In this document: positions 1 to 9,719 of the stretch, piece by piece
Layout: each line of letters starts with the position of its first letter
Position numbering within the stretch: the first letter of the stretch is position 1
Notes under the pieces: generated by a model
The model's input: only the letters and a program-made list of their open reading frames with translations
Told to the model about the DNA's origin: nothing
Database searches by the model: none
Made by a program: the position numbers and the translations under genes
Origin: Planctomycetota bacterium
GTDB lineage: Bacteria; Planctomycetota; B15-G4
Reading direction: 5' to 3'
Length of the DNA: 64,000 bases
Assembly: GCA_965248575.1 (NCBI GenBank)
Contig: CBDFJQ010000002.1
Span: 1,632,001-1,696,000 of the forward strand

Positions 1-1215
1 GATTCGGCGTGCGAGCTGATCGACTTTTTCCGCTTCAACGTCGCCTATGCGCGCCAGCTGATGGAGATTCAGCCCGACAGCCTGCCGGGCATGTGGAACC
101 GCTGCGAGTACCGAAACCTGGAAGGCTTCGTGCTGGCAGTGACGCCCTTCAACTTCACGTCCATCGCCGGCAACCTCCCCACCGCCCCCGCGCTGATGGG
201 CAATGTGTGCCTCTGGAAGCCGGCATCCACCTCGCTCCTGAGCAACTGGGCGCTCATGCAACTGCTCCAGGAAGCGGGCCTGCCCGACGGCGTCATCAAC
301 TTCGTCCCGGGCGATGGCCCGACCATCGGTCAACCGGCGCTCGTGCACCCCGATCTCGCAGGCGTGCACTTCACCGGGTCCACCGGCGTCTTCCAGAGCA
401 TGTGGCGCACGGTCGGCGAGAACATCGCGAACTACAAGGCCTACCCGCGCGTGGTGGGTGAGACAGGCGGCAAGGACTTCGTGTTCGTCCACCCCAGCGC
501 GGACATGGACGCCGTGGCCATCGGCTTGGTGCGCGGCTCCTTCGAATACCAGGGGCAGAAGTGCTCGGCAGCCAGCAGGGCCTATATCCCGCGCTCGGCC
601 TGGGACTCCCTGCGCGAGCAACTCGTTGCCTTGACGAAGGCCCTCAGCATGGGCAACCCCAACGACTTCAGCAACTTCATGGCGGCCGTCATCGATCAGA
701 AGAGCTTCGAGCGCTGCCGCTCGTACATCGCGGGCGCAAAGGCCGACAGCGCCTGCTCGATCCTGGTGGGCGGCACCTGCGACGACAGCACCGGTTGGTT
801 CGTGTCCCCCACGATCATCGAGACCGCCGACCCCCACGCCACGTCCATGTGCGAAGAGATCTTCGGCCCCATCCTCACGATCTTCGTCTACGACGACGAC
901 AAGCTGGACGAGACCCTCGACCTGTGTGACAGCAGTACGCCCTACGCGCTCACAGGCGGCATCTTTGCTCGCGATCAGCAGGTCGTGGCTCGCATGAGCG
1001 CTCGCTTGCGACACGCCGCTGGCAACTTCTACGTGAACGACAAGCCCACGGGTGCCGTCGTGGGCCAGCAACCCTTCGGTGGCGGACGTGCCTCCGGGAC
1101 GAATGACAAGGCGGGGTCGCTGCTGAACCTGGTCCGCTGGACCAGCGTACGAACCATCAAGGAGACGTTCGTGCCGTCACACGAGTGGCGCTACCCACAC
1201 ATGAACGAGGAGTAG
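1..1215 (+). CDS. pruA: L-glutamate gamma-semialdehyde (P5C) dehydrogenase, 5'-truncated by window edge
   Basis: Frame is open from base 1 (DSACELIDFFRFN). ALDH motifs TPFNF, WKPA, FTGST, GETGGK, FEYQGQKCSA (catalytic Cys), EEIFGP, NDKPTGAVVGQQPFGG. Confidence 0.95.
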   Translation, partial: DSACELIDFFRFNVAYARQLMEIQPDSLPGMWNRCEYRNLEGFVLAVTPFNFTSIAGNLPTAPALMGNVCLWKPASTSLLSNWALMQLLQEAGLPDGVINFVPGDGPTIGQPALVHPDLAGVHFTGSTGVFQSMWRTVGENIANYKAYPRVVGETGGKDFVFVHPSADMDAVAIGLVRGSFEYQGQKCSAASRAYIPRSAWDSLREQLVALTKALSMGNPNDFSNFMAAVIDQKSFERCRSYIAGAKADSACSILVGGTCDDSTGWFVSPTIIETADPHATSMCEEIFGPILTIFVYDDDKLDETLDLCDSSTPYALTGGIFARDQQVVARMSARLRHAAGNFYVNDKPTGAVVGQQPFGGGRASGTNDKAGSLLNLVRWTSVRTIKETFVPSHEWRYPHMNEE

Positions 1216-1219
1216 GCCC

Positions 1220-2113
1220 ATGCGCATTCAGCTCAACCTGTGCCTGGCGGCCACGTGCGTCGCCCTCGCGTCGGCCTGCGCTGGCCTTACGTCACCCTCG
1301 GAAGCCAGTGCGGCGTCCGCTCCCCGAGCGGCTTCGGCGAACGCCGAAACGACAGCGTCGGCACGCTCCTCGACGCTGGGCTCCGCCAGGGCCCCGGTGC
1401 CCAATCCGGCCTCGAACCCGGCTGAGCTGCTCGTGGGCTCAGACCTCGACAACCTGCCCTTCGCGGGTGTCGATGCTCAGGGCGCTCCTATCGGTCGCGA
1501 CGTGGAGATGATGGAATCCATCGCAGCCAAGCTGGGGCGCCGCATCCGTTGGCATCGTGCACCCTTCGACACCCTGCTTCCGGCCGCCCGCGGGGGCTGG
1601 ACCGACGTCATCTGCGCCACCCTGGGCATCACCGAGGAACGCGCCAAGACGGTGCTCTTCAGCCGACCCTACTTCGAGACCGTGGTCACGGTGGTGGTGC
1701 GCTCAGGGCCAGGAGAACCACGCGGTTGGGACGACCTGAATGGAAAGCTCGTGGCGGCGGGCGCGGGCACGACCTCCGAAAGCGCCGTGCGCAGCAAGCT
1801 TCCCAGGGCCCAGCTCGCCCTCTCCGCCAAGCAGGGCCTGACTTCCGCCGAGCGGCTGCTCCTGGGCGAGGTGGATGGGATCGCCATGGACGGCCCGGCT
1901 GCTGACGCCCTGGTGGCTGGCAGCGGCGGCGCCCTGACCACCCTCCATACCCCCCTGGCGACGGAGAGTTATGCCTTGGCCCTCCCGAAGGACAGATCGC
2001 AGCTGGTCCAGCTCATCGATGCCGCCCTGCGCGAGCTCGAGGCCTCCGGGGACTTGCAGCGCCTGAACGGCAAATGGGGCGTGCGCTCCGTGGGCCGCAG
2101 CTCCGAGCCCTAG
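1220..2113 (+). CDS. Polar amino-acid ABC-type substrate-binding lipoprotein (family 3)
   Basis: Lipobox-like LASAC, Ala/Ser linker, then G.DVE, FDTLLP, ITEER...FSRPYF and C-terminal GDLQRLNGKW typical of SBP_bac_3. Confidence 0.85.
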   Translation: MRIQLNLCLAATCVALASACAGLTSPSEASAASAPRAASANAETTASARSSTLGSARAPVPNPASNPAELLVGSDLDNLPFAGVDAQGAPIGRDVEMMESIAAKLGRRIRWHRAPFDTLLPAARGGWTDVICATLGITEERAKTVLFSRPYFETVVTVVVRSGPGEPRGWDDLNGKLVAAGAGTTSESAVRSKLPRAQLALSAKQGLTSAERLLLGEVDGIAMDGPAADALVAGSGGALTTLHTPLATESYALALPKDRSQLVQLIDAALRELEASGDLQRLNGKWGVRSVGRSSEP

Positions 2114-2278
2114 GCCGCTCAGACCACCCAGGCTACCGAGACCCGGTCCACACGCGACCACGCCTTCCGGCCCAGGCACGACCCAGCCACATCTGCGCCA
2201 TTCGAGGCTCCAGACCGCCCGGCAGGGGGTCTGGTAGAGTCTCCCGCTTGCCATATTCACTTCGCCCGAGAATCTGTC

Positions 2279-5002
2279 ATGACCCCATCGTCCGTTACCA
2301 AACTCCTTCTCCCCCTGGTGCTCCTCGCACCCATGTCGTGCCGCATGCTCCCAAGCGGTGGTTCCGACGAGGGTTCGACCCCCGCAGCAGCCGCTTCTGA
2401 GAGCGCCGACAAGCAGGCCGCCGCCAAGAAGGACGAGACCGCAGCAGCCAAGAAGGCCGCCGCAGGCGAGACCGCCAAGAAGGACGGGAAGAAGGCCGCC
2501 GAGAAGTCCAAGGACGACGACAAGAGCAAGGACGATGAGGCCAAGAGCAAGGCCCAGAAGAAGTACGACGAGGCCCTGAAGGATCTCGAAGAAGCCAAGG
2601 GCCTGTTCACCTTCCACCACGGCGAAGCCAAGGTCCTGCTCGAGCTGGACGACAAGGCCCTGGGCCGTGAGTTCCTCTATTGGGGCGCCCTCAACAGCGG
2701 CGCGGGCAACGGCAGCGTCTACCGCGGTGCCATGCTCTACGACAGCCCGAACGTCCTGCGCTTCGAGCGTCGCGGCAAGAAGAAGGTCGTCCTGGTGGCC
2801 AGCAACACCAACTACATGGAGGGCAACGACGCCCGCGAGAACCGCGTGCGCGAAGAGGTCCTTTCGGACGGCTTCATCAAGTCCTTCGACATCGCGGCGG
2901 AGATCGAGGACGAGAAGCTCCTGATCGACGTCGGCGCCTGGCTCAAGAGCGACAACCTCCAGGTGGGTCGCAGCCTGAGCGGCGGCAAGTACTCCGCCAG
3001 CAAGGACCTGAGCCTCTTCACCGACCTGAAGGCGTTCCCCAAGAACGTCGAGATCCTCGTGGAGATGGTGTTCACCAGCTCCAGCAACGGCGGCAACTCC
3101 ACCATGGCTGACGGCCGCGGCGTCGCCGTGAACGTGCAGCACTCCTTCGTGGCCCTGCCCGACCCCGGCTACAAGCCCCGCGAGTACGACCAGCGTGTCG
3201 GCTACTTCTTCACCGAGCGCAAGAACCTGTTCGACCGCGAGTCCGAAGACAACGTCTCGCGCATGATCAGCCGCTGGCGCCTGCAGAAGAAGGACCCGAC
3301 GGCCGAGGTGAGCGACCCCGTCGAGCCCATCGTCTACTGGATCGAGAACTCCACCCCCGCTGCCTACCGCGATTCCATTCGCGCTGGCATCGAGGCCTGG
3401 GAGCCGGCCTTCCGCAAGGCGGGCTTCAGCAACGCCATCATCGCCAAGCAGATGCCTGACGATGCCGAGTGGGACGCAGCCGACGTGCGCTACGCCGTGG
3501 TGCGCTGGTCCGAGGACGAGAACGTCAGCTTCGCCATCGGCCCGTCCCGTCAGGACCCTCGCACGGGTGAGACCTTCGACGCCGACATCACCATGCAGGC
3601 CAACTTCCTGAACACCTACACGACGCGCTTCGACACCTACATCGCGAACCGCGCCACCATGACCAAGGAAGACATCCTGCGTGAGTTCGAAGAGGCCCAG
3701 AAGCCCCTCGACCCCGCCACGATGGATCAGGACCCGCGCCGCATGTGCAGCATGATGGGCGACGAGTTCGCTCTTCAGGTCGCCTACGCATCCATGATGT
3801 TGGACGTGGTGGCACCGGAGAAGACGCGCAAAGAGTTCCTGCAGGACATGATCCAGGAAGTGAGCGCCCACGAGGTCGGCCACACCCTGGGTCTGCGCCA
3901 CAACTTCAAGGCTTCCACCTGGAAGACCATGGAGGAGCTGGCCAACGACGATGACACCATGGCGCACGGCACCGCCGGTTCCTTCATGGACTACCCGGCC
4001 GTGATCATCGCGGCGCCTGGCACCAAGCAGGGTGAGTTCTTCCAGTCCTGCATCGGCCCTTATGACTACTGGGCCATCGAGTACGGCTACACGGAGTTCG
4101 GCAGCAACGAGGACAAGCACCTGGCCAAGATCGCTGCCCGCTCCAACGAGCCCGGTCTGGAGTACGGCACCGATGAGGATTCCTTCATCGGCGATCCCTA
4201 CACCGTCGTCTGGGACATGGGCAAGGACCCGGTGGCCTTCGCCAAGAGCCAGATCGAGCTGGCGGAGTGGGGCCTCTCCAAGATGAAGGAGCGGGCCGTG
4301 GAGCAGGGTGACGGCTTCCACAAGTACGCCCGCTACTACTCGATGTTCTACAGCATGTACAACCGGTCCTACTCTGGGTTGAGCCGCTTCATCGGTGGTT
4401 TCACCTTCAACCGTGACCTGGTCGGGCAGGACGGCGGCCGCGATCCCATCGTGGCCGTGGACCCCGCGCTGCAGAAGGAAGCCCTGGCGTTGATGATCGA
4501 CAAGGGCCTGCGCTGGACGGGTGGCATCCCCAACGAAGACCGTCTGCTGCTCGCCAACAAGAAGTATGGCAGCTTCGGTAGCTGGTTCGATTTCTGGACC
4601 TTCGATCCGCTGCCGCGCATCGTGAACGGTGCGCGTCTGGTGACCCTCTACCCGCTCATGAGCACGTCGATGTACGAGCGCCTCGAGACCCAGGAGATGC
4701 TCGGCAAGGCTGGCGATTTGACGGGCAACAGCGTCATCAACCAGGTCTTCGCCGTGGTCTGGCCCGAGACGCCCGACGAGTACGATCTCTGGACCCAGTC
4801 GGACTACGTGAACATCGTGCTGTCCCGCGTGCAGACGGACACGACGCCGCGCATCAAGGCCATGTTCGATGCCCAGGTGGACAAGTGCCTGGCCAAGCTG
4901 GACACATACAAGACGTCCAGTGACGTCGTCGTCTCGGCGCACGGCAAGTGGCTCGGTGATCGCATCCGCCGCTTCCGCGACCGCCAGACGGTGGAGTTCT
5001 AG
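2279..5002 (+). CDS. Zinc-dependent metalloprotease (metzincin, DUF5117/DUF4953-like), probable lipoprotein
   Basis: HEVGHTLGLRHNF (HExxHxxGxxH), Met-turn SFMDYP, GPYDYWAIEYGY, DQRVGYF, PIVYWIE; N-terminal signal ending in Cys. Confidence 0.9.
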   Translation: MTPSSVTKLLLPLVLLAPMSCRMLPSGGSDEGSTPAAAASESADKQAAAKKDETAAAKKAAAGETAKKDGKKAAEKSKDDDKSKDDEAKSKAQKKYDEALKDLEEAKGLFTFHHGEAKVLLELDDKALGREFLYWGALNSGAGNGSVYRGAMLYDSPNVLRFERRGKKKVVLVASNTNYMEGNDARENRVREEVLSDGFIKSFDIAAEIEDEKLLIDVGAWLKSDNLQVGRSLSGGKYSASKDLSLFTDLKAFPKNVEILVEMVFTSSSNGGNSTMADGRGVAVNVQHSFVALPDPGYKPREYDQRVGYFFTERKNLFDRESEDNVSRMISRWRLQKKDPTAEVSDPVEPIVYWIENSTPAAYRDSIRAGIEAWEPAFRKAGFSNAIIAKQMPDDAEWDAADVRYAVVRWSEDENVSFAIGPSRQDPRTGETFDADITMQANFLNTYTTRFDTYIANRATMTKEDILREFEEAQKPLDPATMDQDPRRMCSMMGDEFALQVAYASMMLDVVAPEKTRKEFLQDMIQEVSAHEVGHTLGLRHNFKASTWKTMEELANDDDTMAHGTAGSFMDYPAVIIAAPGTKQGEFFQSCIGPYDYWAIEYGYTEFGSNEDKHLAKIAARSNEPGLEYGTDEDSFIGDPYTVVWDMGKDPVAFAKSQIELAEWGLSKMKERAVEQGDGFHKYARYYSMFYSMYNRSYSGLSRFIGGFTFNRDLVGQDGGRDPIVAVDPALQKEALALMIDKGLRWTGGIPNEDRLLLANKKYGSFGSWFDFWTFDPLPRIVNGARLVTLYPLMSTSMYERLETQEMLGKAGDLTGNSVINQVFAVVWPETPDEYDLWTQSDYVNIVLSRVQTDTTPRIKAMFDAQVDKCLAKLDTYKTSSDVVVSAHGKWLGDRIRRFRDRQTVEF

Positions 5003-5020
5003 GCAGCGGAGCTGTCAACC

Positions 5021-5052
5021 CACCCCGGGGGGCCTCGCGGCCTCCCGGGGTG
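5021..5052 (+). terminator. GC-rich stem-loop downstream of metalloprotease (terminator or mRNA-stabilising hairpin)
   Basis: caccccggggggcc-tcgc-ggcctcccggggtg, 14-bp stem with one G.U pair, 18 nt after the stop; no U-tract. Confidence 0.5.
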
Positions 5053-5107
5053 ACTCCGACCTCTCCATCATGATCGAACACCGCCGAAGCCGCGTCCGGC
5101 CCACCCC

Positions 5108-6943
5108 ATGACCGAGGCCCCTGAGCCGCGTGAGGCGTACGCGAGCCGCCTCGATGAGTGGGCCCGCATGGACGCCGACCTCACGGCCCGCGAAAGCCGG
5201 CTGGAGAGCATCCGTCTGGGCCTCTTTCTCGGGGGCGGTCTCGTCTGCGTCTGGATCATGTACGGGCAGCCCGCATGGTGGCCCGCCCTGGCGCTCCCCG
5301 TGCTCGCCTTCGCAGCAGCCGTGGCACAACACCACAAGGCCCACGCTGCGGCAGAGCGGGCCCGCTCCTTGCACGCTTGGTACCAACGCGCCAGCGACCG
5401 GCTCGTGGATGCCTGGCCCGGCACCGGCCCCACGGGCCAGGAGTACCTCGCGGACGAGAGTCTCTTCGGCCACGACATCGACCTATTCGGTGAGGGCTCG
5501 CTCTACCAGCGGCTCGCCACCACCCCTACCAGCCTCGGCCACCGGCGCCTCGCCGTCTGGTTGACCCAGCCCGCCGCACCCGACGTCATCCGGAGTCGCC
5601 AGGAGGCGCTGCGCGAGCTGGCCCCACTCCTGGATCTACGCGAGGAGCTGGCGATCGTCGGGGAGACGGCTGGCGAGGTCTTCCGACCAGACGCCCTGGC
5701 CGCCTGGGGGCGCAACGGCAGCGTCCACCCCCAGGCGAGCGCGCTGCGGGTCACCTCCTGGGTGTTCGGCGCCGTCGGGCTCTTCTGCGCCGGGGCTTGG
5801 GCCGTGGGCTCCCTCTCGGTGGGCCCCTTGGGCCTCGTGATCATCGTCGACCTGCTGTTCGAAAAATTGGTCGGAAAGAGGCGCCAACAGCACGGCCAGG
5901 AGCTCGTCCACGCCGGGCGCGGCCTGGCCTGGTTGGCCAAGCTGCTGCAGCTGCTCGAGGAAGGGCGCTTCCAATCTCCCGAGCTCCAGAGCCTGCGGAC
6001 GTCTCTCAACCAATCGGGCGAGCAAGCAGGCGAACAGTCAGGCGACCTGCCGTCGGCCAGCATCCATGAGCTCACGACGCTGGTGGACAAACTGGAGGCC
6101 TCCAAGCGCAACGCGGTCTACAGCCTCTTTGCCTTCATCGCCCAGGTCCCGCTTCGCACCGCACTCGACCTGGATGACTGGCGCTCCCAGCACGGCCTTC
6201 GGGTGGCCGACTGGCTCGACGCTGCCGGGCATTTCGAAGCCCTGCTCGCCCTGGGTACCTACGCCTACGAGCGCCCGGATGACTGCTATCCCGAGATCCT
6301 GGACGGCAGCAGTGGCGACGCCCGCTTCGTCGCGCAGGGGCTCGGGCATCCGCTCATCCCCGACGCGAGTTGCGTCCGCAACGACCTGCGCCTCGACCAG
6401 TCCATGCGACTGCTCCTGCTGAGCGGCAGCAACATGTCCGGCAAGAGCACGCTGCTCCGCGCGGTGGGTACCAATCTCTCGCTGGCCATGGCCGGCGCCC
6501 CCACCAAGGCGACTTCCCTGAGCTTGACGCCGCTCGCCCTGGGTGCGTCCATTCGCATCGAGGACTCACTGAGCGAAGGTACAAGCCATTTCTACGCCGA
6601 GATCAAGCGGCTGCGCCTGATCGACGAGCTCATGAGCAAGGGGCCGTGGCCCGTGCTCTACCTGTTGGATGAAGTGCTGCACGGCACCAACTCGCGCGAT
6701 CGACTGGCGGGTTCGAGCGCCATCGTGAAGAAGTTCGTGGCCAAAGGTGCGCTGGGCATCGTGACGACCCACGACCTGGCCCTGGCCCGCATCGCGGATG
6801 AACTGGGTGAGCTGGCCCGGAACGCACACCTCGAGGACAGCATCGTCGACGGCGAGATGCACTTCGACTACACCCTCCGGGAAGGGGTCGTCACCCGCGG
6901 CAACGCGCTCCCGTTGATGCGTTCACTCGGCCTCGACGTCTGA
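5108..6943 (+). CDS. Membrane-anchored MutS-domain-V ATPase (MutS-related family)
   Basis: Walker A GSNMSGKST, GHPLI...V.ND, SHFYAEIKRL, Walker B LLDEVLHGTNS, TTHDL; two pairs of TM helices; no mismatch-binding domain. Confidence 0.9.
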   Translation: MTEAPEPREAYASRLDEWARMDADLTARESRLESIRLGLFLGGGLVCVWIMYGQPAWWPALALPVLAFAAAVAQHHKAHAAAERARSLHAWYQRASDRLVDAWPGTGPTGQEYLADESLFGHDIDLFGEGSLYQRLATTPTSLGHRRLAVWLTQPAAPDVIRSRQEALRELAPLLDLREELAIVGETAGEVFRPDALAAWGRNGSVHPQASALRVTSWVFGAVGLFCAGAWAVGSLSVGPLGLVIIVDLLFEKLVGKRRQQHGQELVHAGRGLAWLAKLLQLLEEGRFQSPELQSLRTSLNQSGEQAGEQSGDLPSASIHELTTLVDKLEASKRNAVYSLFAFIAQVPLRTALDLDDWRSQHGLRVADWLDAAGHFEALLALGTYAYERPDDCYPEILDGSSGDARFVAQGLGHPLIPDASCVRNDLRLDQSMRLLLLSGSNMSGKSTLLRAVGTNLSLAMAGAPTKATSLSLTPLALGASIRIEDSLSEGTSHFYAEIKRLRLIDELMSKGPWPVLYLLDEVLHGTNSRDRLAGSSAIVKKFVAKGALGIVTTHDLALARIADELGELARNAHLEDSIVDGEMHFDYTLREGVVTRGNALPLMRSLGLDV

Positions 6944-7276
6944 AGCGGCCGACCTCCACTGCTTGCGCAACCTGGGGCGAAACAGCAACCGCACGCGAGG
7001 CGAAATCGTGCGCTCCTTGCGGTTGATCCAGACCCCCAACGGCGGGTGGCTCATGCTGAGCAAGAGCATGCCAGCCAGGTAGAACGGAAGGCCCGTGACC
7101 ACCGGCACCAGCCAACCCACCAGCCCCAGAACCATGCAGAGGGTGCCCCCCAGGGCGAGCAGCAGCCGCACCCAGGGCGAGCGGGCCACGGCCGGGATCT
7201 TGAGCAGATCCGGAAGATCCTCCGGAGCCGGCAGGGAAGCGCGGCCTGAAACAGGGGCTGGGTCAGAGGAAGGCAT
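6923..7276 (-). CDS. Small membrane protein (DUF454/PGPGW-like)
   Basis: LGGTLCMVLGLVGWLVPVVTGLPFYLAG helix-turn-helix TM hairpin; start uncertain (track ORF extends to 7576); 21-bp convergent overlap with the MutS-like gene. Confidence 0.6.
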   Translation of the reverse strand: MPSSDPAPVSGRASLPAPEDLPDLLKIPAVARSPWVRLLLALGGTLCMVLGLVGWLVPVVTGLPFYLAGMLLLSMSHPPLGVWINRKERTISPRVRLLFRPRLRKQWRSAASDVEAE

Positions 7277-7475
7277 GAGTCCTGCGCCGTGGGGGTTGGG
7301 CGCATCATGGCGGCCGACCGGGGCCGCAGCGAGCACGCCGCCCCCTGCATTGGGGCATGGGCCCTCCGGATTCCCTACCGTGAGCCCGTCCCGAGCGCCG
7401 ACGAGAAGGAGCGAGCCGCCCCGAAGTCCCCCTGGCGTCGCTCTGGACCCAAGATTGGGATCGGATTGAGGATTG

Positions 7476-8624
7476 ATGGACGAGCCACGAACGATGACCT
7501 GGAAGACCGACTGCCGCCACTTCTTTGGGGATCGCCCATGCGCCCCCCACAAGCTGCATGGCGCCGAGTGCGCCACCTGTGTGGACGACTATGACCTCGT
7601 CGAGACGCGCCTGCTGATCGTCAAGCTCGCGGCCATGGGTGATGTGTTGCGCACCACCAGCTTGTTGCCAGCCATTCATCGCCGCTGGCCGCGCGCCCAT
7701 GTGACCTGGGTCACCAACCCCGAGTCGGTCCCGCTCCTGAAAGGGAACCCCGACATCGACCGCATCGCCGCCTTCCAGGCCGGCGCAGTGCCGCTGGAGA
7801 TCCTCAGCGAGACCTACGACGTCGTGATCAACCCCGATGCCGCACCAGAGTCCTGCGCACTCGCCCAGCTGGCGCGCAGCGGGCAGCGTGTGGGCTTTGC
7901 CTTCGACGAGCGAGGCACCCCGGTGCCCATCGGGCCCGGCGCCGAGAGCTGGATGAGGATGGGTTTGTCGGATGAGCTCAAGCGCACCAATCAGCACACT
8001 TACCAAGACCTCATGGCCGATGTACTCGACGTGGACTATCACCGCGAGCCGCCGGTCATGGCCATCTCGGAGGACGACCGGGAGAAGGGCAGGCAACTCG
8101 CTGCCCTGCATGCCCCCGCCGAGAACCGGCTGCTCGTCGGGCTCAACACGGGCGCGGGCGGCCGTTGGCGCTACAAGCGCTGGACCGAAGCGGGCTACAC
8201 CCAACTGATCCATCGTCTCGGCGAAGACGGCCATCGCGTGCTCCTGCTCGGTGGCCCCGCGGAAGCCGAACGCAATGCGCGCCTTGTCACGGCCTCGGGC
8301 GGCGTGGCGATCGACACGGGCGGCGACAACCCAGTGCGCAGTTTCGCCGGTCTTGTCGAAGCCTGCGACGTCATCGTGACCGGCGACACCCTCGCCATGC
8401 ACGTGGCCATCGCTCGCCACGTGCCCACGGTGGTGCTCTTTGGCCCCACCTCCCTGCACGAAATCGACGTGTTCGAGCGAGGGGAACGCATTGCACCGGA
8501 GCTGGACTGCCTGGTCTGCTACAAGACAGACTGCGACGTGGTGAAGACGTGCATGGATTCCATCACCGTGGATCAGGTGCACGAGGCCGTGTTGCGCTGC
8601 GGACACCTCGCCACCACGACCTGA
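7476..8624 (+). CDS. Glycosyltransferase family 9 (heptosyltransferase-like)
   Basis: LIVKLAAMGDVLRT, KRW, VTGDTLAMHVAIA...LFGPT; Cys-rich termini; start 7476 or 7494. Confidence 0.9.
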   Translation: MDEPRTMTWKTDCRHFFGDRPCAPHKLHGAECATCVDDYDLVETRLLIVKLAAMGDVLRTTSLLPAIHRRWPRAHVTWVTNPESVPLLKGNPDIDRIAAFQAGAVPLEILSETYDVVINPDAAPESCALAQLARSGQRVGFAFDERGTPVPIGPGAESWMRMGLSDELKRTNQHTYQDLMADVLDVDYHREPPVMAISEDDREKGRQLAALHAPAENRLLVGLNTGAGGRWRYKRWTEAGYTQLIHRLGEDGHRVLLLGGPAEAERNARLVTASGGVAIDTGGDNPVRSFAGLVEACDVIVTGDTLAMHVAIARHVPTVVLFGPTSLHEIDVFERGERIAPELDCLVCYKTDCDVVKTCMDSITVDQVHEAVLRCGHLATTT

Positions 8625-8669
8625 ACACCCCACCGCACCCAACCCAGCCCAACCCAAAAAAGGCGCCTC

Positions 8670-9707
8670 ATGCGCGGACTCGTCCTGGATGCTGGCAAGG
8701 CGCTGATTCGGGACGACCTCCCGGAGCCCGAGGTGGGTCCCGGGGAAAGCTTGGTGGAGGTCTTGCTCGGGGGCGTCTGTGCCACGGACCTCGCCCTGCG
8801 TGCCGGCTACATGGGCTTCGCCGGTGTGCCCGGCCATGAGTTCGTCGGCCGCGCCCTCAGCGGCCCTCTCGCCGGTCAGCGAGTGGTGGGCGAGATCAAC
8901 GCAGGCTGCGGGCACTGCCCGATCTGCGACGGCGCTGATCCGCGTCACTGCAGCCAACGATCCGTGCTGGGGATCCTGGGCCGGCCCGGAGCCTTCGCTG
9001 AACGGCTGGCCCTGCCCACCGTCAACCTCCTGCCCGTGCCCGAGGGCCTCAGCAATGAGGCGGCGGTCTTCGCCGAGCCGCTCGCCGCCGCCCTGCAGAT
9101 CCCCCAGGACCTCGACCCGCGGCTGCCTGAGGGCGGCCGGGCGCTCGTGGCGGGGGACGGACGCCTGGGGCTGCTCTGCGCCCACGCGCTGCACCAGGCC
9201 GGGCTGAAAGTGACCGTCGCCGGTCGGCACCCAGAACGGCAGAGCCTGCTCCCGCAGGGTCTCTCCCTGCGCACGGGCTTGCTCGAGAGCGGGCTGCCGG
9301 GGGCCCTCAGCCTCGACGAGCGCTTCCCGCTCGCCGTGGACGCCACCGGCAACGCCGACGTCCTGCCGCGGCTCCTGTCCTACGTCGCTCCCCGGGGAAC
9401 CCTGGTCGTGAAGACCACGACGGAGAAGCCAGTCTCCCTGGACATGGCAACTCTGGTGGTGGATGAGCAGCGCATCCAAGGCTCCCGCTGCGGGCGCTTT
9501 GCCCCCGCCCTCGACCTGCTCTCGCAGGCCTGTGTGCCCGTGGAGCAGTTCGTCCAAGGTCGCTACCCCCTGAGCCAGGCGGGGCTCGCTCTCGAGCATG
9601 CTGCGCGCCCCGGAGTGCTCAAGATCCTCGTGGACGTGGTGGCCCCCGCAGGCGCCCCCGCCAGCGATCGATCGGCAGCGGCGGTTGCTCCCATCAAGAA
9701 TCCCTGA
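8670..9707 (+). CDS. Zinc-binding (MDR) alcohol dehydrogenase
   Basis: GVCATD, GHEFVG, structural Zn CGHCPIC...HC, EPLAAA, GDGRLG. Confidence 0.9.
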   Translation: MRGLVLDAGKALIRDDLPEPEVGPGESLVEVLLGGVCATDLALRAGYMGFAGVPGHEFVGRALSGPLAGQRVVGEINAGCGHCPICDGADPRHCSQRSVLGILGRPGAFAERLALPTVNLLPVPEGLSNEAAVFAEPLAAALQIPQDLDPRLPEGGRALVAGDGRLGLLCAHALHQAGLKVTVAGRHPERQSLLPQGLSLRTGLLESGLPGALSLDERFPLAVDATGNADVLPRLLSYVAPRGTLVVKTTTEKPVSLDMATLVVDEQRIQGSRCGRFAPALDLLSQACVPVEQFVQGRYPLSQAGLALEHAARPGVLKILVDVVAPAGAPASDRSAAAVAPIKNP

Positions 9708-9719
9708 TTCACAGCCGTC

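Noticed and set aside
1703..4942. 1079-aa minus-strand ORF and other long antisense ORFs (7305-9779, 44715-46532, 49496-51973, 58427-60136)
   Set aside because: They mirror well-supported genes on the opposite strand, have no recognisable motifs, and are expected from high-GC codon bias.
8625..8662. C/A-rich 5-bp-period tract (acccc-accgc-accca-accca-gccca-accca) and other short repeats as CRISPR or contingency loci
   Set aside because: Too short and degenerate, with no repeat-spacer structure and no cas genes.
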